Below the pieces are notes generated by a model. That model did no database searches, was not told where the DNA came from, and saw only the letters and a program-made list of their open reading frames with translations. The position numbers and the translations under genes are program-made. Positions 1 to 12,829 of a stretch of 64,000 bases of DNA are shown here, in pieces. Source of the stretch: Octopus vulgaris (taxonomy: Eukaryota). The stretch covers positions 70,060,001-70,124,000 of the forward strand of contig OX597815.1 of assembly GCA_951406725.2 (NCBI GenBank), given 5' to 3'. Within the stretch, counting starts at the first letter, position 1. Each line of letters opens with the position of its first letter.

Positions 1-289
1 AGATGTATATATATAGATGTACATGTAATATGTACACATATATATACACATATATACATGCATAATATATCTACACATACGCACACACACACACACACAT
101 ACATAGGGGCAGGTGTGGCTGTGTGATAACAAACTACGTTCCAAACACATGGTCCTGGGTTCAGTCCCACTGTGTGGTGACTTGGCATGTGTCTTCTGCT
201 GTAGCTTCAGATCAACAAAAGCCTTCTCAGTGGATTTTGTACATATATACAGGCATACATACATACATATATATACGTGCATACGTACA

Positions 290-2164
290 TATTCGGCATA
301 AACACTCTACCACTACAACTAATAACTGTTGGGAACACTTTCAAACTTGCCTTACATTCGAACCGGAATCTCAAAAACATTGTCCCCTTCAGCGCCAAGC
401 TCAACTGCTCTATCCTGACATGGAGGGATATCAGCAATGATATCTATAACAAAACACTCATTGACATTGAAGACAGAATTGCTAAACTGGGTGGAAATGT
501 ATTGTCGACGTATGGCCTGCCACAAGCATTCAGGTAAGGGTGAAATAGCCTTCCTACTGCTGTCATTCGTGAAACAACCTACGACACTCAAGCGCTTTCA
601 AAGTACATTGTTGAAAATGAGCCTAAATTACTTCCGGACCAGCTGCAGGCCTACAGAACTATTCTTAACAGTGTACGCCAACGCGAGGGACGAATCTTCT
701 TCCTCGATGCTCCTGGAGGGACAGGAAAAACATTTATTACAAAGCTTCTCCTTGCAGAAGTTAGGTAGCATCAGGACATTGCAGTAGCTGTAGCCTCCTC
801 TGGCATTGCAGCTACTTTGTTACCCGGAGGCAGGACAGCACACTCAACTTTTAAACTCCCTCTCAATTTAGCAGCATCCGAAATGCCTTCATGAAACATC
901 AACAAAAGCTCAGATCAGGGACAAGTACTTAAAATGTGTTATGTAATTGTCTGGGATGAGTGCACTATGGCTCACAAGGGAGCTTTGGAAGCATTAGATA
1001 GAGCCCTGAAAGACATCCGAGACTGTCAGGCTCCAATGGGAGGTGTAACGCTTCTGTTGTCAGGTGATTTCAGGCAAACTCTTCCTGTCCTTCCGAAAGG
1101 CACTAGAGCTGATGAAGTTCAAGCATGCCTAAAGTCCTCTACCCTGTGGCATCATGTTACAATCTTTAGTCTCACCACTAACATGAGAGCTCAGCTACAC
1201 GGCAACAAAATGTCCACAAAGTTTGCACAGGACATTTTGACACTTGGTGAAGGCAAGATGCCTCTCGATGGTGCAGGACAAATGGAAGTGTGGTCATTTT
1301 CCTCTGTTGTTAATTCTATAGATGACCTCAAAAACAAAGTCTTTCCCAACTTCACACAAAACTACCAAAATCACAATTGGCAGTGTGAAAGAGCAATATT
1401 AGCTCCAAAAAACGTCACTGTTAACAAAATTAATCAACAGCTAATGCATTCTCTTCCCGGCACTATACACACTTACAAGTCTGTTGATACAATTCCAGAT
1501 ATAAATGAAGTTGTGAACTGTCCTCCTGAATTTCTCAATTCACTGGAGCCTCCTCGACTACCTCCACACATATTACACTTAAGTAACCTCCACACATATC
1601 TGGAACCACCAAGACTTTGCAATGGAACACGACTGGTGATAAAGAAAATGATATCACAGGTTATCGAGGCGATCATTCTTTTTGGATGTGGAAAAGGTGA
1701 TGACGTCTTTATTCCAAGATTTTCTCTTACTCCATCAGGAGCAGAAATTCCATTTACATTCAGAAGACTGCAATTCCCCTTCGTGTCAGCTTTGCCATGT
1801 CCATTAACAAATCTCAGGGTCAAACCCTCTCTGTAGCTGGTCTTCTCTTTGAAGAGCCCTGCTTCTCGCAAAGGCAACTGTATGTTGGCTGCTCAAGAGT
1901 AGGAACCAAAAGAAACCTTTTTGTATATGCTCCACAAGGGAAAACAAGGAACATTGTTTACAACGAGGTGTTATAATCTCAACAACCAGGAGGTATATAC
2001 ATGATCCCCTTTTTTTAACAAACTTCATGTACTTTCATGTATTTATATTAATATACATATATTTGTGTGTGTGTGTGTGTGTGTATCCATATATATATAT
2101 ATATAACAGAAAAGTCTAATTCTTCTATTGAATGTAACCGGGCAACGCCGGGTATCTCTGCTAG
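290..2164 (+). mobile_element. Helitron 3' part with decayed PIF1-family helicase
   Basis: Translations give FFLDAPGGTGKT, VASSGIAATLL.GGRTAHS, IVWDECTM, GDFRQTLP, LCNGTRL, LYVGCSRV, with stops and frameshifts. The element ends in a GC hairpin (accgggcaacgccgggt, ~2137-2153) and CTAG|T at 2161-2165. Confidence 0.93.
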
Positions 2165-2605
2165 TGAATGTTAAAAATATGCAAGAAAAAACAACAACGC
2201 GAGGATGTGGTACAAGTACTGTGTTATTGGACGTTTTCCCTGCTGGCATGGGTTGGGCGGTTTGACCAGTTCGTTGAAGCTGGAGAGCTGCACCTGGTTC
2301 CAGTCTGATTTGGCTTGGTTTCTAAAGCTGGCTGCCATTCCTAACACCAACCACTTTACAGTGTGTGCTAGCTCCCTTTAATGTGGTACCGGTACAGGAG
2401 TCTTGCAGGCCAATCCTTTTCACTATGAGGAGTGGCCTTAATACTTCTAATGTGAAGGACGGATCTTCACACACATACACCTGGCAAGGTGCGAGGTGTA
2501 TGTGTATATATATATATAGTGTTGAACCGTTAATCACAACACACTTTTACTTTCTCCGTTGTTTTTTTTTTTTTGCGTTCTCTCTCCATTTTTTTTCTCT
2601 CAACC

Positions 2606-2641
2606 CTTCCTGTCGAAGAGCGTAGGCTCGAAACGTCAAAG
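2606..2641 (+). ncRNA. Hammerhead-like motif with U at position 6, in repeat ~2520-2735
   Basis: cttc CTGTCGA a GAGC gtag GCTC GAAAC GTC aaag. Confidence 0.48.
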
Positions 2642-2904
2642 ACGTTTCCTTTCTTCCCGGGCGTCAAACTAATACACCTGCTTGTTGTTCCCTCACCTGT
2701 CTTCGTCTTTTGTTTTCTGAAAATTTGAATTACACACATACACATTTATAACTCACTCGACCAAAATAGAATATATTACTAATCCCGACCAAAACAGTAT
2801 ATATTATTAATCACTGCTATGATACTGAGTACCTCTCTTGCCTTCATTCTTTTCCCTTTTCTTTCTCTCGCCCTCTCACTTCTATTCGAGCCTTTCTACT
2901 TTCC

Positions 2905-2967
<63 letters not shown>

Positions 2968-3504
2968 ATTCCTAGCCTTTCCGATTTCTCTTTTTTCTCC
3001 CTTCATCTCTTCCCCTTTTTTCTCTCTGTCGCTCTCTCACCCTCTCTCTTGCTTTTTTTCTCCTCTGCCTGTTACTGTCACGTGACCCGCAGCCAGCTTT
3101 CTCCCTTTCTCACGCTGATCTCGTAACTGACCAGTCGCAAATTCTGTCTCTCCATTCAGTCCTTAAGGATATCCTCTAAACGTCACCCACTATTCTTGTC
3201 TTGGCTCTAAGGCCGTATTTTGCTCGTCTGTTCGTCCTTGTCCACCATCCTGAATCATATTCTGTGTTTTTTTCTTTTTTTTTTGCTTTGATTTGTTTGC
3301 TCTCGGTCCTGAATTGCCCGCAAAAAAATAAAATTGCAGTCACCGCCAATATGGGAAGCCCTCAGTCTTATCATTAACTGAGTATTACCAATTGGTTGAT
3401 AACTGAAGAAGAATTAGGGACCTCCTGTGTTTGTCTCCCGTCCAGTTGTACATTCAGTATACGTTATGTCGTTTGTTTATCTACCATACAATTTTTCATT
3501 TATT

Positions 3505-3552
<48 letters not shown>

Positions 3553-3602
3553 CATACATATATATATACATATATACACATATACATACATATATATATG
3601 CA

Positions 3603-3639
<37 letters not shown>

Positions 3640-6600
3640 CACACACACACACACACACACACATTAGACCTATTGTCTATCTGAACTTCCTTCTCTTTTT
3701 ACATAGCTTGTACAAAAACGGACTAATGTCGTTTTTACTCCGAAATAGCAAATATGGTTATTCTTCAAACACACCGTCTTCTTTCTTCATCTCTACCTCT
3801 ATCTCTATATCTATTATCAATGAATCCCATTTCTCTATTCATCAGTATTTCTAAATATATTGTTCTAATGTCTCATGCATGTCTAAATTCTTTTGATATT
3901 TCGATTAGCTATTTCTTTTTCAGTTAATTCCATTCGAAATAATTTCATTTTCAGTTTTATTAAAATTTTCTTTCATTTTCAAAACAGACCCTTATAAATT
4001 AATATCACCTTTCATTTTATGTCTGTTTCAGTGAGGCTCCATTAACATCTATTTCTTTTGAACTTATTCTCCATTGTGTAGTGTCTTTAAATCTAAGGTG
4101 TCTTTCTATATATGGTCCAGCCCGACCACACAGCAACAAAAGATACAAGAAGCATCTATTACATCTGCAACAAAACAAGCGGCTGTTTACAGGCTTGAGA
4201 CTCTGATAGGTAAAATATACATTAAATATACGATAGACGATTTCATACATATATGTCCATGAATTCATTTGCATTACATAACAGTTCTATTCAAATTCAA
4301 GCTATACATAAGTCTTTCTTTTCAATTTCATTAATATTCCCTTACAATTTTCAAAACAGATCCTCATAAATAAGAATTATCACTTTCCTGTGGAATACTT
4401 TTAATATTGCTCTTAACCATTCTTTTACATGAAATTCCCTTTCACTCAGGGTTTGTGAATTGAAGGAAATTTTTAAAATGATGAGCAAGCAAGAGATTTC
4501 ACTGGAGAATTCATGCTTAATGAATCTATTAGTTTGTGAGAAACAAATATTAATTGAATTTCATGGAGAAATGTCGGTGGGAAAAAAATTAGATGTTACA
4601 AAGATGATAGTGGTAGTGGTGGTTGTGGTGGTGGTGGTGGTAGTGGTGGTGGTGGTGGTGGTGGTGGTGGTGGTGGTGGTGGTGGTGGTGGTGGTGGTGT
4701 GGATGAACGAACGAAAAAATTAAGGCAGCAGCGCGCATATATATGTATATATTTTTCCCCTACTCTTCCACCTCTCCTTTTTTATTCTTTTTCTTTTTCT
4801 TAACAACTTGAGATATTCGCCCATTCCTATATATTATTTCTTCACACATATGCTTTTCTTCATTTGTTCTCTCACTCTGTGCTTTCCACTCATTTTCGAT
4901 CAAATCTTCTGCGAGTTAACTTGAGATCCCTTGACGACAATGTAACTTTCATTTAACTAAGGTATCTTCAGCCTGATTAGTAGCTAGTGGAATATCCCAC
5001 CCCTCCGTTGAGTAATTACTACTTTCGAGGTTCTGGTAGCTAGGAAACATATGTAGCCTGAATTTTACCTGTTCCATTCCCTACATTTGAATTTGTATTC
5101 GCATATACAGCAACCCCAGTTACTAACCGTGTACTATAGAATAACTTCTTTCGGCTTATCGAACTTCGATATGGGAAAACTTTACAACCTTCTATATCAA
5201 TAAACCACTATTATTCCTGAAAGTTGTTTTTTATACTTTCTACGGACTGCTCGAAGCTTACTAACTTCATACACCTGGATCCTTGGATCTAACTATTACA
5301 TATCACGTGATCATCTTTCTTTTCCTTCAGGACTGTCCTTAGGACTGGACGTAATCTCTCTCTTCTATCTTTTCTCTTTTCAAAGAAAATATTTCTCCAG
5401 CGTTCAATACTTTCCTCTCGTTCTGGTATAACGATCCTCCATGTTTGCTTTCGTTTGGATTCATTGTATGTCTCCACTGTCCTGTTTTTGTTCCCAACTT
5501 TGACCTTCGATAAATCTAAAATTTTGTATTGTTATTTATGGGAGCAACTGACTTTGAAGACTCATATTGTCATTCAATGCTCGAAATGAGGAGTAGATAG
5601 ACAGCCGACAACTGCTGAAGGGTCGTTCATTGTGTTACTTGTCCTGTTTCCCATTTGTTTCTCTCTTTGTTTGCTTATTGAAATCATTTATTTTCGTACT
5701 TCATGCTGTTTACTGTTGGTAACGTCCTGTACCCATATATGCATTTCTTTCTATCAGCCCTTTCACGCTTACTTCGTTCATTCTACACTTCGTTCTTTCG
5801 TTCCCCCTCTCTCACATTTCCTTGCCTTCTCTTCATGCCCACTTTCCCTCCTCTTTTCACTTCACTGTGTCCCTGTCATTTTTTCTCGCCCCTCTTTATT
5901 TCTTTTGTCCCTCTGCCTCTACCTCTCTCTCTCTCTCTTTTCTCCCCACGTGACCGGTGTTCGGCCAAGCCTAACTTTTCTTTCTTGGTTCGGCCACTGT
6001 CCGTGCAACATCTATATTCCTCCCTGTGCCTGTGAAATCTTGTACCCCTGCCGTAAGGCTTTACTTCCACACATGCCAGCTTAACTTAATTCGTCCTTAG
6101 TCGAAAAACGCCTGTTGTAATGTCCTGTTATTTGTATTTGTGTAACATTCTCCATTTTTTTCAGCTCTTGTTATCGTATACATTCGCTGCTTTCTTCTAA
6201 GGAATCTTAGCTTAGTTTTTCCTTGGGGCTGGCCAGATTGAAGCAATCTCGAGTATAACCAGCCGAAATTGCAAAGATAATCAGGAACTCGACTGAAGAA
6301 AGAAAACTCCGAACGACCCGTCCTTGTTTTCTTTGTATCGTCTATCTGGATGTTTTGCGTTCTTGTCCCATTTTGCATGATATATATACATAAGTCGGGA
6401 CAAAAGTTAAAAAAGAAAGAAAAAAAGAAAATATAACAATAAGCCTTTTTTGAGGGGAGAGACCAGTCGACTACATCATCAGGAGCGCTCAGCTGGTGCT
6501 TATTTAATGGAGCCCGAAAGGATGAAAGGCAAGATCAACCTCAGCGGAATTTGAACTCAGAATGTACAGAGCCGGACGAAAAACTGTTAAGCATTTTGCT

Positions 6601-6640
6601 CGGTGAGCTGATAATTTTCATCGCCAGCTAACCGCCTTCA

Positions 6641-6642
<2 letters not shown>

Positions 6643-6671
<29 letters not shown>

Positions 6672-6672
6672 T

Positions 6673-6721
<49 letters not shown>
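6643..6721. repeat. (TAA)n microsatellite (LINE target)
   Basis: Read directly. Confidence 0.95.
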
Positions 6722-6725
<4 letters not shown>

Positions 6726-7754
6726 CAACAAATTTCGGAATTACAGGAAACAGGCACAGAAAAAGCTAAGCGCATGAAAACCCGTGCTAAATCTGCGGCC
6801 TTAGATATTCTGAATGATAAATGGCAAGAAAAACCTCTCTATGGCAAATACCCAAAGAGAGCGAATAATGCAGATGTTGACAAAGCCCTGACCCATCAAT
6901 GGCTAATGGCCTCTGGCTTAAAATCTGAAACAGAGGGGTTTATCATAGCAGCTCAAGATCAATGCCTATCAACAAGAAACTACCAGGCCAACATATTAAA
7001 GATCAGCAGCAGTCCAACGTGTCGTGTATGCCAGCACAAAATGAAACCATTGATCATGTGGTCTCCAAGTGCAGTCTTCTAGCGCCTACAGAGTATCTCA
7101 ACAGGCATGATAGAGCTGCACAATATATCCACTGGGTAATCTGCAAAAACCTGGATTTGCCCCACGAAAAAAACTGGTGGGAAAACAAACCACCTCCAGT
7201 GCTTGAAAATGACCACATCTCACTCCTCTGGAACTTCCCCATTCAAACTGACAAAAAGATAGATGCAAATAGGCCAGACATCATATTGAAAGACTTCAAA
7301 CAAAGAACATGCCTCCTCATTGATATGACTGTCCCAATCCATATAAACGTATCTGTCAAGACCTACCAAAAACTGAGCAAATATAAAGATCTTGAAATAG
7401 AAATCAGCAAAATGTGGAACCTGAAGACTAAAACAATACCTTTTGTCATAGGTGCCCTGGGAATGATAGCAAAAGGGGCTGATTGCTACCTAACTCAGAT
7501 ACCAGAAAACCCAAAAATGGCAGAAATTCAAAAGATAGTGCTCATGGGAACTGCTCATATCCTACGTAAAATACTTTCTATGTAATCTCAAGGTTTAAAA
7601 CATCCACCAGTACATCCACCAGTACAACACAAAAAACAACCAAATATATGGCACACTAGGCATAACAACAACGTGAACTTCCAGCCTGTTGTCTCCTGAG
7701 GTCTCTGGGTGAGACTTGGAGCCAACTTGTACAAATATAAAGCAAAAGTCAAAC

Positions 7755-7756
<2 letters not shown>
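6722..7756 (+). mobile_element. 5'-truncated R4/Dong-clade non-LTR retrotransposon (CCHC finger + restriction-like endonuclease)
   Basis: LKSETEGFIIAAQDQ, CRVC..ETIDHVVSKC, RHD, NRPDII, LIDMTVP, KLSKYKDL; one frameshift near 7036; flanked on both sides by (TAA)n. Confidence 0.9.
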
Positions 7757-7796
<40 letters not shown>

Positions 7797-7801
7797 TGAT
7801 A

Positions 7802-7833
<32 letters not shown>

Positions 7834-7884
7834 GGTGGTGGTGGTGGAGGTGGTGATAAATAAATAAATAAATAAACCAGCAAA

Positions 7885-8218
7885 AACAAACAAAAACAAA
7901 AAATACAATCCCTTAAAATTTGAAATAAGAAAAATTTGGAACATGCGAACAGCAAAGGTCGTGCCTATAATAATCAGTGCGTTGGGAACAGTAAACAAAG
8001 ACATAGACAAATGGCTGAAAGAGATAGAAATATAATGCCAGTAGAACTCCTACAGAAAGTTTGTCTCTTAAGGACAGCGAGGACTATCAGAAGGGTTCTA
8101 AGCACTTGAAAGACAGCTGAAAACTTGTGGATACCTAAGGTTACAGGAGGTAACAGGTAGTAATCCGCTACCCGCATAAATTGCACTAGGAATAAGACCG
8201 AACCTGTGTCAAACCAAA
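7885..8218 (+). mobile_element. Second, shorter and diverged R4/Dong-type 3' end
   Basis: KYNPLKFEIRKIWNM..KVVPIIISALGTV...ELLQKVCLLRTARTIRRVL followed by a TAA-rich tail. Confidence 0.75.
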
Positions 8219-11200
8219 ATAATAACAATAATAGTAATAATGATAAAATTCCTTTCTACAACAGGCACAAGGCCTAAAATTTGTAGGAAGGGGGACTTGT
8301 CGATCATATCGACCCCAGTGTTTCACTGGTACTTAATTTATTGACCCTGAAAAGATGAACGGCAAAGTCGACCTCGGTGGAATTTTAACTCAGAACGGAG
8401 CAACGGGCGAAATATCGCTAAGCATTTCGTCCAGCGTGCTAGCGATTCTGCCTGCTCGTCAAATGATAATAAAAATTTATTTTATTGGTCACAAGGATCC
8501 TCGTCATTGAGGATTAATAATAATTCTTTCTAATTTGGAACAAGGCCATCAGATGTAAGGGAGTAGTTAACCGATTACATTGACCCCAGTATCTCACTGG
8601 TACTTTATTTTATCTCGAAAAGTATTTGCTCCAGTTCTTTATGTTCTGAATCGAAATCCCACCAGAGTCAGCTTTGCCTATCACCCTTTTAGAAGTTGAT
8701 AAAAAGGAATAAAATAAAGTACCAGCCAAGCACTGAAGTCGGTGGTATGATTAACACCCGCTTCACACATCAAATTTGCTAGGTCTTATGCTTTATTCCT
8801 TAACTAAGGGAATAGAAGTGGAGCAGGTTGAACGCAGCCATACTTGTACTGGTTTATATTGAAAGTTAAGGGAAAAAAACGCTCTGTATTCTTGAGCTAT
8901 CACGTGAGAGATAACAGTTTAATTTACGGTCGATAGTCTGTTGAACTTTGAATAATAAATATTCCACCCCCAGGGTCGTTCGGAGACACAAAACAAACGG
9001 CAAAATGTCACGGAAAGAAGGCATTTTGCTTTTCTTCTTCCCAAACCGCCTCCTTGCAAAAGGTTCCATATTCTAAAGGCAAAATAAAATAACAACAACC
9101 TCCCTACAAAAAAAAAAATCGATATCAAGTTTGTAAGAAACGAGTCATAGACTTACTAGCAAGCCGAGACTGCAAACATAGTTCCGATTTCCTTTCATAA
9201 ACGATACGAAAGCCCTCTAACAAAGGTTTTAAACGTCAAAGGTTTTAAACATCAAATTTCTCAGTTCGATTCCTCTAAAATATCTGTCATTCATGTCTAC
9301 TCAGAATAAAAATAATCCGGTGTATGCAACTGAAGCAGTATTAATTTTTTTTTAAATAGCTATCTGTGCATCATACTTAATGTAAATTACATTGCTGAAC
9401 GACAAGTTACTACGGTTTCGTCTGGAATAAAATTTCTAATGGATGGGCAGTATTTAAAAACAAGCTGTAGAGAAGGGAAACGTTCCCGGTGGCTTTTCGC
9501 AATACAACCAGTAAATGCATTATTTATAGTTACTACATATCGGAAGCGACAAACCTCGTCAACCTCAGCCAGTACAAGTAACTGAAAAGGCCCCAAAAGA
9601 CCGTAATGCATCTTCCGTTCTCGCTGCCGCCCGGAACTATTTTTAATCTCCTACCGATATATGTTGTGTTTTTAAACACAGCGCGTCCACATGAGTTTTT
9701 TTTTCTTCTTCTTTATCTCGAACAAAAACCGCTGTCACTATGCGGTGTAGTTATTCGTTCCAACCCTCATCTTATTGCAGCATTTGTATGCACGCATGTA
9801 TACATACATGCATACATATATACATACGCATATATGTTTATTATATACACACTCACACGCGCACGCAAGCATGCACAGAGAGCACATACATATGTATATA
9901 AGATATATATTTATAGATATATAATATATATAATTTATAATATTCTATATTTTACGCCAGTGCCATAATGCTAGAGATTTATTTTAGTTGTTAGTATGGT
10001 CAGTACCTATTGTGGTTAATATGCAATTTGTAGGGTTTTTAAAAAATGGAAGTAAAATTATCGAAAGTGACGATAGTGACATCCCACGATTTCATAAAAC
10101 GAACATAAAGCGAACAGGTGTAATCCCTTAATTTTATTAGCAGAACTCTTTCATTATGCCGCGGCGTCCACAAGCATCTACTTCTATAGTACCATATAGT
10201 GATATCTTAAGTACCTTAGAAATAGCAACTGAGGTACACCGTTCCAATGTACTACACCCAACAACAAACGCAACGGAGAAGGTGATTCGGTAACTTGTAT
10301 GTCGATGCTTGACAGCCACCACGGTTACATATGGGTCATGCAATAATCCTGCACTGCTACACCGGTGAATTCACGCGTGTTTTGAGCCACATTGTCTAAA
10401 GAGAAAAGTAGTCTCCGATGACGGAAAACGACAGCCATCACACATTCACGTTCGAATCTGCCAAAATGTATTGGAAAATAATAGCCACGTTAATGTTTGG
10501 ATTCTCGCTGTTCTAAACTCCATGAACTAAACTCCTAAATTAAGGCCTCTCCAAGTGTAAATTCGCTACAGATCACTAGGTAGAATACTTCATTATCATC
10601 ATCTCTTTAGCATTATTATCTAGTGTCATAGGACTCATAGGGTTGGTCGCCCAGTTTCTATAGTGGATAAGTAACCAATATCACAACATGCCACCCCACC
10701 TCCACAACGGGATGCTAGTCAGTCGTAGAGTTAGCCTCTGAGGGGTTTTATTTTTTTGTTCAAGAACACAACATAGCACCCGGTCGAGAATTGAATCCAC
10801 GATCTTCAGATCGTAAGTGCAACATCCTAACCACTAGGCCATACGCCTTCACTTGACTAGTTCACCTCTGTCAAGAAAAAAAAACAGAAAAAAAGCAACA
10901 TCGTCATAACACATTTCAGTGGGTTACAGTGCAGAGGTAGCCAGTAAAGATCTGTTCTATTGATCTCATATGCGAACAAGTAGCCATGGTCTGCGAAATC
11001 TCAGACACAGCGAGGTGGGGGAAGGGAGGACGCGTTTCCATTGTTATTTTATGTATGAATTCGATCTTGAAGACGAATAATCTTTTGATGTCTCGGTTTA
11101 GCTTAGCTTAGCATAGCGTATCATGACGTTGCCATGGTCACCAACGAACTGTTTGGTAAGTATCGATTACGTACTGTGATCAGTTTTAACTTCAAAATTC

Positions 11201-11507
11201 GATCTGTTATTGTAACAGGATACTTACGACTATGTTGACACACAAACACACGTATGTATGTATGTATGTATGTATGTATGTATGTATGTGTGTGTGTGTG
11301 TGTGTGTGTGTACGGTCATATACAAAATGCACATGCACTGACTTGTGCACAAGTATGTCATGCGTTATGCGTTTGTGTCTGTGTGTGTGTATGTATATTC
11401 ATATATGTTTATAAATACATATGTATGAATGTAAGTATGTATGTGTGTATGTATGTATGCATGCATGTATGCATGTATGTATGTGTGTATGTATGTATGT
11501 ATGTGTG

Positions 11508-11549
<42 letters not shown>

Positions 11550-11804
11550 AATATCTTTATCTTTAGCTTGCTTTCAGCCACTGGACTACGGCCATATTGG
11601 GATACCGCTTTGAACAAATCGAACAGATCGATTTCAGTGCTTTGTTTTTTTTTAAGTAGTTTGCTACTTCTACTATCGGTCTCTGAGTTACGAGAACATA
11701 AAGAAACCAATGTGGTGGTGGTGGTGGTGGTGGTGGTGGTGGGGAGAGGTAAAAACAAACACAAATATGCATACACCACACACATACACGCACATATAGT
11801 TATA

Positions 11805-12582
11805 CCAGAGGCGACTCAAGGTTATCAGCGTCACTCGGGCTATGACAGATTTCGCATAAGACACGTCTACTCGAAGAATTTCACGCTTTCCGCTTTATTT
11901 CTAGCCCCAAATGGCTTATTTTTTATATCTTGCACTATGTCTTTCTTCATTTCTAAGTTAAGGGTTAAAATAAAGCAACCCTGCAAAACACAACTGATCT
12001 TTACACACAGACGCATCGAATAACAGCAATCAAATAACGACAGCGGAGTGCACAGCAAACATCAGTGATCTGACTGTTGCCTGTACTCTTGACAAGAGAT
12101 GCCAGTTAGTTTTTATACACCCACTAGGCTCGTTCGTATTAGCCCGAGTTGCTGGATAATATTTCGTTCCTTTAAGAATATTGTAGAACGGAAACTTTTC
12201 ATAGATTGGAATTTAAATACTAATCTCTATAGAAAGTTATTGTTTCAAGAAAACACTGAATTTGAATTACTTTTAATTTTTACGATTATAGATAACAACT
12301 TGGGCCGTAACTTCTGAGTACGAGTTAGGTGCGTGTGAACGATGTCGAGAGAACGTCTGCTACGAATGATATTTTTTGACACAGGGCACTTCTAAGACAC
12401 CGCCAAACACTGAACGAAATGAACTGCGACTAAGCACAGTAAAAGGAGCTCGTGTTATTGACTGAAATTACACACTTGAAGTCAGTGTTGTTAGAAATGA
12501 AATCAACTTGCAAATACACGTTCACTTTACTAAATTGATACTCGAGCTAAGCCCGAACAGCCCGAGTGCCGGAGTCGCCACT

Positions 12583-12584
<2 letters not shown>
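11805..12584. mobile_element. Non-autonomous TIR DNA transposon (MITE), 780 bp
   Basis: Termini ccagaggcgactc...cactcgggct and agcccgagtg...gagtcgccactgg, flanked by TATA; internal agcccga motifs. Confidence 0.75.
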
Positions 12585-12653
<69 letters not shown>

Positions 12654-12727
12654 GTTTAAATATTTGTTGTGCAAGATTTTTTAATACCATTATTGGCTAA
12701 ACTGGCAAAATGACTATTCCGAAATAT

Positions 12728-12776
<49 letters not shown>

Positions 12777-12829
12777 CAAGAGTGTGTATGTATGAGTGCA
12801 TACACACTCTTCTGACAATATGATAGCTT

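Noticed and set aside
934-1836. Host PIF1 helicase gene
   Set aside because: Intronless, contains stops and frameshifts, and ends in a Helitron hairpin-CTAG terminus
3665-6380. Possible decayed coding or LTR-like element (includes ctgaaga motifs near 3402 and 6292)
   Set aside because: No recognisable protein motif, and no complete hammerhead core or termini could be established by eye
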